Translations under genes and position numbers: made by a program
Part shown: positions 53,192 through 60,744 of the stretch, in pieces
Position numbering within the stretch: position 1 is the first letter of the stretch
How the letters are laid out: every line of letters starts with the position of its first letter
Notes under the pieces: generated by a model
Databases searched by the model: none
Told to the model about the DNA's origin: nothing
Seen by the model: only the letters and a program-made list of their open reading frames with translations
Origin: a virus
Taxonomy: Duplodnaviria > Heunggongvirae > Uroviricota > Caudoviricetes
Length of the DNA: 64,000 nucleotides
Strand: one strand, 5' to 3'
Virus record (IMG/VR): IMGVR_UViG_3300031993_000018
Location: 25,614 to 89,613 of that record

Positions 53192-53266
53192 ACCGATGTA
53201 GCTCAGTTGGTCCAGAGCAGTGGACTCATATTCCACAGGTCATTGGTTCGATTCCAATCATCGGTA
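53192..53266 (+). tRNA. tRNA-Met(CAT)
   Basis: Loop CTCATAT. Confidence 0.92.
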
Positions 53267-53281
53267 CAATAAATATTATAT

Positions 53282-53368
53282 AGGTCGGTGGCCGAGTGGT
53301 CGAAGGCAGCGGTCTCCAAAACCGCCAAGATGGTAACATCTTCGAGGGTTCGAATCCTTCCCGGCCTG
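53282..53368 (+). tRNA. tRNA(CCA, Trp anticodon) with a Ser-like class II body
   Basis: Loop CTCCAAA; long variable arm AAGATG-GTAA-CATCTT; G73. Confidence 0.85.
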
Positions 53369-53378
53369 CTTGAGGAAT

Positions 53379-53450
53379 TGGACTATTGTGTAATGGTTAG
53401 CACATCAGATTTTGGATCTGACAGTCTGGGTTCGAATCCCGGTAGTCCAG
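53379..53450 (+). tRNA. tRNA-Gln(TTG)
   Basis: U1:A72, loop TTTTGGA, G73. Confidence 0.95.
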
Positions 53451-53550
53451 CAAAGTAAGAGTGTGGAAATAACTTGTAACTCAAGTAGAGAGTTTCCAGT
53501 AAATGGGTGGTGAGAAGAGTAATGAACTTACAATTTAGCCTTACTGAAAT

Positions 53551-53621
53551 TGGGATATAGTATAAGGGTAGTACGTTTGACTCTGGATCAAAAGGTGTGG
53601 GTTCGAATCCTGCTATCCCAG
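53551..53621 (+). tRNA. tRNA-Gln(CTG)
   Basis: U1:A72, loop CTCTGGA, G73. Confidence 0.93.
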
Positions 53622-53627
53622 CAAAAT

Positions 53628-53698
53628 GTCGGGGTGGCCGAGGGGCTAGGCAGCGGTCTGCAAAACCGCCTACGCAGGTTCGAATCCTGTCTCCGACT
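53628..53698 (+). tRNA. tRNA-Cys(GCA)
   Basis: Loop CTGCAAA, U73. Confidence 0.95.
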
Positions 53699-53770
53699 CT
53701 AAACTCTGGAGCATACCGCCAGTACGGAAGTGGAAAAGAGGTACTGCTCTGTTTCCTACCAGAGTTAAAT

Positions 53771-53842
53771 GTCCCTGTGGTGTAATGGACAGCATACCAG
53801 ACTACGGATCTGTTGGAGAGGGTTCGAGTCCTTCCAGGGATA
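53771..53842 (+). tRNA. tRNA-Arg(ACG)
   Basis: Loop CTACGGA. Confidence 0.92.
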
Positions 53843-53876
53843 CTAAAATTTTGTTATATTTAATGTATAACATCTT

Positions 53877-53948
53877 GCCGGGGTAGCTCAGTGGTAGAGT
53901 ACATCTTTGGTAAGGATGAGGTCAAGAGTTCAAATCTCTTCTTCGGCT
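53877..53948 (+). tRNA. tRNA-Thr(GGT)
   Basis: Loop TTGGTAA. Confidence 0.95.
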
Positions 53949-53953
53949 CAAAT

Positions 53954-54025
53954 GCAGTGTTCGTATAATGGTTATTATATAGCCTTGCCAAGGCTGAGAT
54001 GGGAGTTCGATTCTCCTACACTGCT
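53954..54025 (+). tRNA. tRNA-Gly(GCC)
   Basis: Loop TTGCCAA. Confidence 0.92.
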
Positions 54026-54026
54026 C

Positions 54027-54213
54027 AAAGTATACATAAAACGTTAATCCCGAGAATGATAGGTTACCACAAGGCAGTAGGTGTAAAAGAATAATTACTG
54101 TTTAACAAGTCTGCAACAGGGATCCCGGTAGTAATACTGAGTGTTCAGCGAAATCTGAAATAGAGTGATAACTAAAGGTGAAAGTCCTTACAAACGTCCT
54201 ATCTGTATACTTT
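54027..54213 (+). ncRNA. unidentified ~187-nt structured RNA
   Basis: Perfect 10-bp terminal helix AAAGTATACA/TGTATACTTT between two tRNAs. Confidence 0.55.
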
Positions 54214-54218
54214 TATAT

Positions 54219-54295
54219 GGTGATGGTGGCCGAGTGGTATAGGCGCATGCCTGTGGAGCATGTTTACGTGGGTTCGATCCCCACCCTTCACCCCA
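54219..54295 (+). tRNA. tRNA-His(GTG)
   Basis: G-1:C73, loop CTGTGGA, encoded CCA. Confidence 0.95.
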
Positions 54296-54308
54296 AATTA
54301 CAAAAGTT

Positions 54309-54632
54309 ATGGACAAAGATTTTAAAAAGAAGTTCCTGACAGACACTGATGAGACAGGAAGGTTTATTGTAAAGTCATTGAAGACAGGTAAGACCTACTT
54401 TGTTGAACCGGTGAACCAAGGTGTAAGAACAAACTGGGGAGACCTGGATCCAGTCACAAGAAAGATGACCGGAAGTTATGGAGAGAAATACAAGGGAAGT
54501 GTAACTCCTGATGAGTCTCTCATAACAGAGGAAAATGGATTTGATAAGGTATATACATTAAGTCCTGGTGAATCTCCTCTTTCTTACATTGATATGATTG
54601 ATGATGAGTATTTTAAAAAGATGAATAAATGA
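54309..54632 (+). CDS. hypothetical protein (followed by a 41-aa membrane peptide at 54629-54754)
   Basis: ORF track plus hand translation. Confidence 0.75.
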   Translation: MDKDFKKKFLTDTDETGRFIVKSLKTGKTYFVEPVNQGVRTNWGDLDPVTRKMTGSYGEKYKGSVTPDESLITEENGFDKVYTLSPGESPLSYIDMIDDEYFKKMNK

Positions 54633-54750
54633 AACCGAGAATTTACAGAAGACACAGGGATGACACTAATCTCAGGACTAATATGAACATCATATTGGCA
54701 ATTGGTGGAACTATAATTTTATTGGGTGTATTTTATTTGATGTTCATAAT

Positions 54751-55689
54751 ATGAGTAAAAGGATATTGGTGACCGGTGGTGCTGGATTCATAGGTTCAAA
54801 CCTTTGTAAGAAACTTGTGAATGAAGGTAATGATGTCATATGTCTGGACAACTTCTATACAGGAAGAAAGGACAATATATATGAACTGATAGGTCAGAAG
54901 AATTTTGAACTTGTTAGACATGATGTATGTCAGCCTTACCTGGCGGAAGTTGATGAGATATACAACCTTGCATGTCCCGCTTCTCCGATACATTACCAGA
55001 ATGACCCCATCCAGACAACAAAGACATCTGTCCTGGGTGCATATCATATGCTGGGATTGGCAAGGAGGACAAAGGCAAAAATACTCCAGGCATCTACAAG
55101 TGAGGTCTATGGTGACCCGACTGTCCATCCACAGACAGAAGATTACTGGGGAAATGTGAACTGTCACGGTTTCAGGTCCTGTTATGATGAAGGAAAAAGA
55201 TGTGCCGAATCATTGTTCTTTGACTACAACCGTATGCATGGGATAAGGATAAAGGTGATAAGGATATTCAACACCTATGGTCCCAATATGGCAGTCAATG
55301 ATGGAAGGGTGATTTCAAACTTCATCAACCAGGCACTCAATGATGAGGATATCACGATATATGGTGACGGAAGTCAGACCAGGTCTTTCCAGTACATTGA
55401 TGACCTGATAAATGGTATGACAAAGATGATGAATACTGATGATTCATTCACAGGTCCGGTCAATATAGGAAACCCTCAGGAATATACAGTACTGGAACTG
55501 GCAAACAAGGTGATAGACCTGACAGGTTCAAAGAGCAAGATAGTATTCTGTCCTCTGCCTTTTGATGATCCAAAGAAGAGGAAACCGGATATAACACTGG
55601 CAAAGAAGGAATTAGACTGGTCACCAAAGGTTGATGTTGATGATGGGTTGATTAAGACAATAGAATATTTCAAGTCATTGAGAAAGTAA
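54751..55689 (+). CDS. UDP-glucuronate decarboxylase (UDP-xylose synthase), extended SDR
   Basis: [44 protein letters not shown]. Confidence 0.92.
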   Translation: MSKRILVTGGAGFIGSNLCKKLVNEGNDVICLDNFYTGRKDNIYELIGQKNFELVRHDVCQPYLAEVDEIYNLACPASPIHYQNDPIQTTKTSVLGAYHMLGLARRTKAKILQASTSEVYGDPTVHPQTEDYWGNVNCHGFRSCYDEGKRCAESLFFDYNRMHGIRIKVIRIFNTYGPNMAVNDGRVISNFINQALNDEDITIYGDGSQTRSFQYIDDLINGMTKMMNTDDSFTGPVNIGNPQEYTVLELANKVIDLTGSKSKIVFCPLPFDDPKKRKPDITLAKKELDWSPKVDVDDGLIKTIEYFKSLRK

Positions 55690-55695
55690 TATTCT

Positions 55696-55777
55696 GGGAG
55701 TGTCGCATAGTGGCAATTGCAAGGGTCTGTAACACCCTCGCCTTCGGGCTTCGGAGGTTCGAGTCCTCCCGCTCCCA
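55696..55777 (+). tRNA. tRNA-Tyr(GTA)
   Basis: Class II, loop CTGTAAC. Confidence 0.93.
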
Positions 55778-55793
55778 CAAAAACTTTAAGGTT

Positions 55794-56126
55794 ATGAAAA
55801 AGACAGTTAAGTTTTTCAAACAGGATGACAAATGGTATGCAGACATTCCAAACCACACACTGGATGAAAATGAGATGGTGATGGGTTCTGATATTATGTT
55901 GGAGATGTTTGCGAACGGTGCGAAGGAACTCACATTAACATTGTCTGATGATGATATGTCTGATGCATTCATAACATTGAGAAGAAAGGAACATGATGAG
56001 GATGGTGCCTGGTACACAGTGTTCGGGACAGACTTTGAGGATGTTTGGATATGTAATGTGACACATGATGTCTTCGGTGAACACCCTGAATGTATCTACA
56101 TCAGTAAGATAACTCAACATAAATAA
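55794..56126 (+). CDS. hypothetical protein
   Basis: MKKTVKFFKQDDKWYADIP...; start moved because the track ORF overlaps tRNA-Tyr. Confidence 0.75.
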   Translation: MKKTVKFFKQDDKWYADIPNHTLDENEMVMGSDIMLEMFANGAKELTLTLSDDDMSDAFITLRRKEHDEDGAWYTVFGTDFEDVWICNVTHDVFGEHPECIYISKITQHK

Positions 56127-56213
56127 GGGGATGTGCTGAAACTGGCAGCCAGGCCAGACTTAGGATCTGGTGTCCGGAAGGACGTATGGGTTCGAGTCCC
56201 TTCATCCCTACCA
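56127..56213 (+). tRNA. tRNA-Leu(TAG)
   Basis: Class II, encoded CCA. Confidence 0.95.
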
Positions 56214-56290
56214 CAGTCTTTCGGGACTTTAAAGAGTTGTAGAAATACAATCCATCGAGGTCAGTCCAGAACCAGTTAATCTGGACATTT

Positions 56291-56373
56291 GCGGCAGTGG
56301 CGGAATGGTAGACGCGCCACTTTGAGGGGGTGGTCCGGGCAACCGGGTATGGGTTCGAGTCCCATCTGCCGCA
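56291..56373 (+). tRNA. tRNA-Leu(GAG)
   Basis: Class II, loop TTGAGGG. Confidence 0.93.
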
Positions 56374-56474
56374 CAATAAAAAGGGTGGGCCAATCGGAAT
56401 AAGGCAGGGTAAGTCTCCGGTTCTTCTTTGATGAGGGTGCACCAGTAATCAAAGTTTCTTAAATTACCCAACCC

Positions 56475-56548
56475 GGGCAAGTAACTCAGTTGGTTAGAGT
56501 ACCACTCTGATACAGTGGTGGTCGTAGGTTCGAGTCCTACCTTGCCCA
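56475..56548 (+). tRNA. tRNA-Ile(GAT)
   Basis: Loop CTGATAC. Confidence 0.93.
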
Positions 56549-56556
56549 CAACAAAT

Positions 56557-56631
56557 GCCCCTATCATACTAATAGGTTTAGGTGGCCACCCTCTCAAGGT
56601 GGAGATACGGGTTCGAATCCCGTTGGGGGTA
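56557..56631 (+). tRNA. tRNA-Glu(CTC)
   Basis: Loop CTCTCAA. Confidence 0.9.
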
Positions 56632-56890
56632 CAAAAAATATTCAAAAATATTTGGTAGTTTCAAATTTTTTTGTTATCTTTGTACTGTAAGTTCATTGAA
56701 ATATTGATGCACATATAGGAACAACAAGATGGGGTACCTATAAGTCTCACATAAGGATTCTAGATTGAGGGGGTGTGAGAGAAGGGTACAAATAATGTTA
56801 AAGAGGATTCCCGACCCTTAATAGGAGGAGAAAAGCGCTCTCTCCGATCCTCTGACAACAGTGACTACGGAAATCTGTTGTGTTCTTTAT

Positions 56891-56973
56891 GCCCAGGTGG
56901 GGGAATGGTAGACCCAGCTGTCTCAAAAGCAGCCGACCATCCGGTCATGTGAGTTCGAGTCTCACCCTGGGCA
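56891..56973 (+). tRNA. tRNA-Leu(CAA)
   Basis: Class II, loop CTCAAAA. Confidence 0.95.
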
Positions 56974-57587
56974 CTTTGATGAAAATCCTAGGTGGGTGGT
57001 ATCTATAGCAGACTCCTTTAAAATGGGGAAGGAGGAAAGATACCGAATACTGGACAGGTGGTTTCGTCTAGCATCCTGGTGAGGGGGAATGTCCTCACAA
57101 GACCACTTGAGAATGGTGACTACGGAATTCCATTTGTTTTCATTTTTTATGGTGGGGTTATCAAACTTAACCACCCGCATCCTTGAAGAGAATGTGTTGC
57201 CGAGCCGTGTCAAGTTTATCTTGTATCCGGAGGAGTGAAACTTCCAAGTTGACAGGTTATTGCACTCGCCTGTCAATTATTACTGAACCCACCAGTAAGA
57301 CTGTTAAGCAGTATATCAGTATGGTACATGGGAGTTGTGCATGAGCTGGCTGAAGAGTAGTTTCCGGATATGGTGTTGAAACCCGGGGAAAATGAAAAGT
57401 AAGTCAATAGCAATAGGGAACCGGTGGAGTTACTGTGACTTTGTAATTTTGTCCATTACAGAACCGGGGAAATAATGGAACACCAATGTGGCTAAAATGG
57501 TAGGGATTCACAAAAATCAGTGAAGGTGGCCACACACCTGGACAATCACTGATTACGAAAATTATTTTTTATAAATATATAACAGTT

Positions 57588-57659
57588 GGCGCCCTCGTCT
57601 ATCGGTTAGGACACGAGATTTTCATTCTCGGAAGAGGGGTTCGATTCCCCTGGGCGCTA
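57588..57659 (+). tRNA. tRNA-Glu(TTC)
   Basis: Loop TTTTCAT. Confidence 0.93.
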
Positions 57660-57719
57660 CTAATCAACCGGAAGGTTGTTTACTATCCAGTCAATAATTC
57701 ATGAATAAACCTGGGTAGA

Positions 57720-57793
57720 GGTCTGATAGCTCAGATGGTGAGAGTACCACACTGATACTGTGGAGGTCACAAGTTCAAGTCTTGTTCAGACTA
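57720..57793 (+). tRNA. tRNA-Ile(GAT)
   Basis: Loop CTGATAC. Confidence 0.92.
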
Positions 57794-57803
57794 CGAAACA
57801 TAT

Positions 57804-57903
57804 CGCGGGGGAGTGAAACGGATAAGAACATCCCACAAGTTTGTTCAAAGATCATTACAGGCTCATAACCTGTAGATACTGGCTTCGACTGCCAGACCCG
57901 CAA
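57804..57903 (+). tRNA. fMet-like tRNA(CAT) with a ~28-nt hairpin insertion in the D loop
   Basis: CGCGGG/CCCGCA with C1:A72, loop CTCATAA, insert GAACA..TGTTC between GTGA and TCAT. Confidence 0.7.
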
Positions 57904-57907
57904 CAAA

Positions 57908-58065
57908 GACCTTTATGAAGCAAGTGGAATTCGGTATTTCAACCTATGCAAGTTATCAGAGTCAGTGTACAATGAATCTGAAGAACAGTATAAAAGTCAA
58001 TACTGATAAGTCTTCTGTGGAAATTCAAGCCCAGTTGTCCTGGTTCGAGCCCAGGTAAAGGTCCA
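57908..58065 (+). ncRNA. expanded tRNA-like RNA with G-1:C73 (158 nt)
   Basis: GACCTTTA/TAAAGGTC-CA, T arm CCTGG-TTCGAGC-CCAGG. Confidence 0.65.
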
Positions 58066-58087
58066 TATACAACAAAAAACAACAAAC

Positions 58088-58231
58088 ATGGCAACAGTTA
58101 AAAACACATCATTCTCAAGAAGAGAAGTCAAGCATAAGAAACGCCCTGGAATCATTTCCAAGTGTAAGTCTTCAAAGAACAAGACATCAAAACACTATGT
58201 GAAACCATACAGAGGTCAGGGCAGACCATAA
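58088..58231 (+). CDS. 47-aa highly basic peptide
   Basis: MATVKNTSFSRREVKHKKRPGIISKCKSSKNKTSKHYVKPYRGQGRP*; A-rich leader; not in the track. Confidence 0.7.
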   Translation: MATVKNTSFSRREVKHKKRPGIISKCKSSKNKTSKHYVKPYRGQGRP

Positions 58232-58238
58232 AAACCTT

Positions 58239-58320
58239 CGGGGTGTAACCGGTAGTTGGTTTCCGACCAGTTTTGGGAACTGGGCCGCAAGGCGCGCAGG
58301 TTCGAGTCCTGTTACCCCGA
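58239..58320 (+). tRNA. tRNA-Pro(TGG) with a long variable arm
   Basis: C1:G72, loop TTTGGGA, extra hairpin GCC-GCAA-GGC. Confidence 0.85.
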
Positions 58321-58323
58321 CAA

Positions 58324-58505
58324 CACCTGGTGGACAAATGGTAAAGTCGCCCTATTGGGTAGGGAGGTGTGTAATAGAAGTTTTCCGGCAGTGAGGAGTA
58401 ATGGAGTCGCGATCCACCGAAGGCACGGGAACGAGAATAAGCACAGGCCTGGATGTATTCGCGATGCTGAAGGGTGAATGGGGGTTCAATTCCCCTTCGA
58501 GGTGA
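58324..58505 (+). ncRNA. expanded tRNA-like RNA (182 nt) with a ~110-nt variable-region insert
   Basis: CACCTGG/CGAGGTG-A, canonical D arm GAC-AAATGGTAAA-GTC, CCCTA-TTGGG-TAGGG mini anticodon arm, GGGGG-TTCAATT-CCCCT T arm. Confidence 0.7.
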
Positions 58506-58812
58506 CAAAGATTGTTGTGGTGTTGCAGAACTTTAAAAGGAACAACACAGGTGTAGAGGGAAACTTTAATGGGTAATTTTTTTTACCAGCTAACCTTCAG
58601 AGACCTCACCAAGGATGATGCTTCATCATGGAGGGCACTCCAAGATGACAAAAAGATAGTTACAGTGAGAGTCTTATTGAGAACTGTTCGACCCAGGAGG
58701 AGTGATGTTTTAGAGCATGTTTGACTGTACGGGGATAAACGGTGGCGACCGGTGAGTTTTTCTGGGCACTTCTCAGAACAAAAACAAAGAAAATTAACAA
58801 AACAGTCTTTAA

Positions 58813-58887
58813 GGGTGTTTAGCGCAGCTGGTTCAGAGCATCTCGTTTACACCGAGAAGGTCGGGGGTTCGAATCCCTCATCACCCA
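58813..58887 (+). tRNA. tRNA-Val(TAC)
   Basis: Loop TTTACAC. Confidence 0.93.
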
Positions 58888-59025
58888 CAAAGAGATACTT
58901 GAAGAAGCTACGGGTGTAAGATACTAGTAAAGATTACACATAGGGGCCTACCATATTGTAGTTTATGTGTTCTAAAACATCAAGTAACAACATAGAGGAC
59001 TTCGAATTAATCTATGGCTCTTAAT

Positions 59026-59097
59026 GCCGATGTAGCTCAGTGGCAGAGCAGGGGTTTTGTAAACCTCAGGTCGAGATCTCGGTATTCTCCATCGGCT
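59026..59097 (+). tRNA. tRNA-Thr(TGT) with a non-canonical T loop (CTCGGTA)
   Basis: Rest of the cloverleaf is normal; loop TTTGTAA. Confidence 0.75.
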
Positions 59098-59155
59098 CAA
59101 AATTATTGAACTTGAACTTTCATAAATACTTTATAAGGATTATAAAAGTTCAACT

Positions 59156-59749
59156 ATGACAAACTGGGAAGATAGAAAAGATACCCTGGTAGATTTGATA
59201 CAGGTTCAGAAATTACCATATGAACAGATTGGTAGAATGTTCAATTGTTCAGGTAATAACATCAAGAAAGTTGCAAAAAAACTTGGTATTGAATTAGTCC
59301 AGAAAAGAAAGATAAATGAAAGTGAAACTTTCAATAAAGGAAAAGGTAATAAGGGTATCTGTTTAAACTGTGGATGTGAATATAACATTTACAGGTCTTC
59401 AAAAGGAAAGTTCTGCTCAAACAAATGTCAGGGAGAGTATGAATATAAAGAGTTCATTGAAAAATGGAAAAAGGGTGAAGAATCTGGATTGACAGGAGAA
59501 TATGGAATTTCTCGTCACATAAGGAGATACCTTTTTAATAAGTACAAATGTAGTTGTCAAATTTGTGGATGGAGTGAAGTAAATCCATTTACTGGTAATG
59601 TTCCTTTGGAAATTCATCATATAGATGGCAATTACGTAAATAATAAAGAGGAAAATTTACAACTCCTTTGTCCAAATCATCACTCACTGACTGAAACCTT
59701 TAAGAACCATAATAAAAATGGTAGAAAAGGTAGAAGGAAGTACAATTGA
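59156..59749 (+). CDS. free-standing HNH homing endonuclease
   Basis: CLNC..CSNKC Zn motif; CQICG..LEIHHIDGN..NN..NLQLLCPNHH; CATAAATA at 59121. Confidence 0.92.
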   Translation: MTNWEDRKDTLVDLIQVQKLPYEQIGRMFNCSGNNIKKVAKKLGIELVQKRKINESETFNKGKGNKGICLNCGCEYNIYRSSKGKFCSNKCQGEYEYKEFIEKWKKGEESGLTGEYGISRHIRRYLFNKYKCSCQICGWSEVNPFTGNVPLEIHHIDGNYVNNKEENLQLLCPNHHSLTETFKNHNKNGRKGRRKYN

Positions 59750-59755
59750 TAATTT

Positions 59756-59910
59756 GCCCCAGTGGCTCAATGGTAGAGCAACGCACTTGTATAGATGGCG
59801 AAATTCCATTTTAAAAACTATGACTACATCAAAAGGCTCATAGGAGTGAGGGTTCGATTCCCTTATGTAGTCCAATGCGTAGGTTGCTGGTTCGATTCCG
59901 GCCTGGGGCT
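59756..59910 (+). tRNA. tRNA-Thr(TGT) interrupted by an 83-nt insert (59791-59873) containing a nested mini tRNA-like element (59822-59872)
   Basis: Exons join into GCCCCAG..ACGCA-CTTGT|AA-TGCGT..CTGGGGC-T. Confidence 0.85.
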
Positions 59911-59968
59911 CAAGAAAAAGGATTTTGGCCTGTTAGTTAAAATCCATATAAAATAAAAAGTCAAATTT

Positions 59969-60589
59969 ATGTCAAAATTAATGAAACCAGAAGAGAGGGA
60001 TCAGCAGATCAAGGATTTGATGATTACCATTAGAAGGAACACACAGGGTTCCAAATGTATTGAGATCTTTGAAAATCTTTTGAATGAGGTTGAGGACAAA
60101 GAGTTTGTTGATACTGTTATAGCAGACACTCACAAATTCATCTCTGAGTTCTCAAGACTATGTAAGGATGTGGACAATATGAAGAATCTGGATTATATCT
60201 CCAGAATCCTCACACATGAGTTCATACTTCCCCACAAGTATTTCCGTAAGTCACAGAATATGGCGAAGGTATACTTGCTGATGTATGACAGACTTGTGAA
60301 GATATATTCACATCCTGTATATGATGTTGAGAAAGGTATCATCCTTTCCAATGTCAACTTCCTGGGTACAATTCACCACAAGGAAGACCTCACTGCAAAT
60401 GATGTGATTGCAGTGTTCAAGTATTTCGGTGACCTTTCAGGACTTTCCGTTGACCAGGTAAAGGAAAAGAAGGAAGAAGCCAGGATGGTCATCTTACTCT
60501 ACAATTATCTGCCTGCCATAGTGAAGGCACTTATTCAGACCAAGAGGAGAAGCTTGAATCTTGACAAGAACTCCAAGAAGTTTGAATAA
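59969..60589 (+). CDS. hypothetical protein
   Basis: 206-aa ORF. Confidence 0.75.
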   Translation: MSKLMKPEERDQQIKDLMITIRRNTQGSKCIEIFENLLNEVEDKEFVDTVIADTHKFISEFSRLCKDVDNMKNLDYISRILTHEFILPHKYFRKSQNMAKVYLLMYDRLVKIYSHPVYDVEKGIILSNVNFLGTIHHKEDLTANDVIAVFKYFGDLSGLSVDQVKEKKEEARMVILLYNYLPAIVKALIQTKRRSLNLDKNSKKFE

Positions 60590-60617
60590 ATAACAGAACT
60601 AACAGGCTGGAATCTTT

Positions 60618-60694
60618 GGGGGATTAGCTCAGCTGACTAGAGCACCTGATTTGCACTCAGGAGGTCATGGGTTTGAATCCCATATCCTCCACCA
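60618..60694 (+). tRNA. tRNA-Ala(TGC)
   Basis: G3:U70, loop TTTGCAC, encoded CCA. Confidence 0.95.
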
Positions 60695-60744
60695 AAAAAG
60701 GACAATTATTTGCTGGGATACTGTGAGTGTCCCTTTTTTATTCA

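Noticed and set aside
42436-59875. Many short ORFs on both strands in the RNA array (e.g. 43803-44075, 48226-48498, 50434-50799, 56229-56645, 58152-58508)
   Set aside because: They overlap tRNA or structured-RNA genes and have no protein-like features; chance ORFs in GC-richer DNA.
41700-60700. rRNA operon or host chromosomal origin for the RNA cluster
   Set aside because: No 16S/23S/5S signatures; interspersed homing endonucleases, phage-type hypothetical genes and atypical tRNAs indicate a phage tRNA array.
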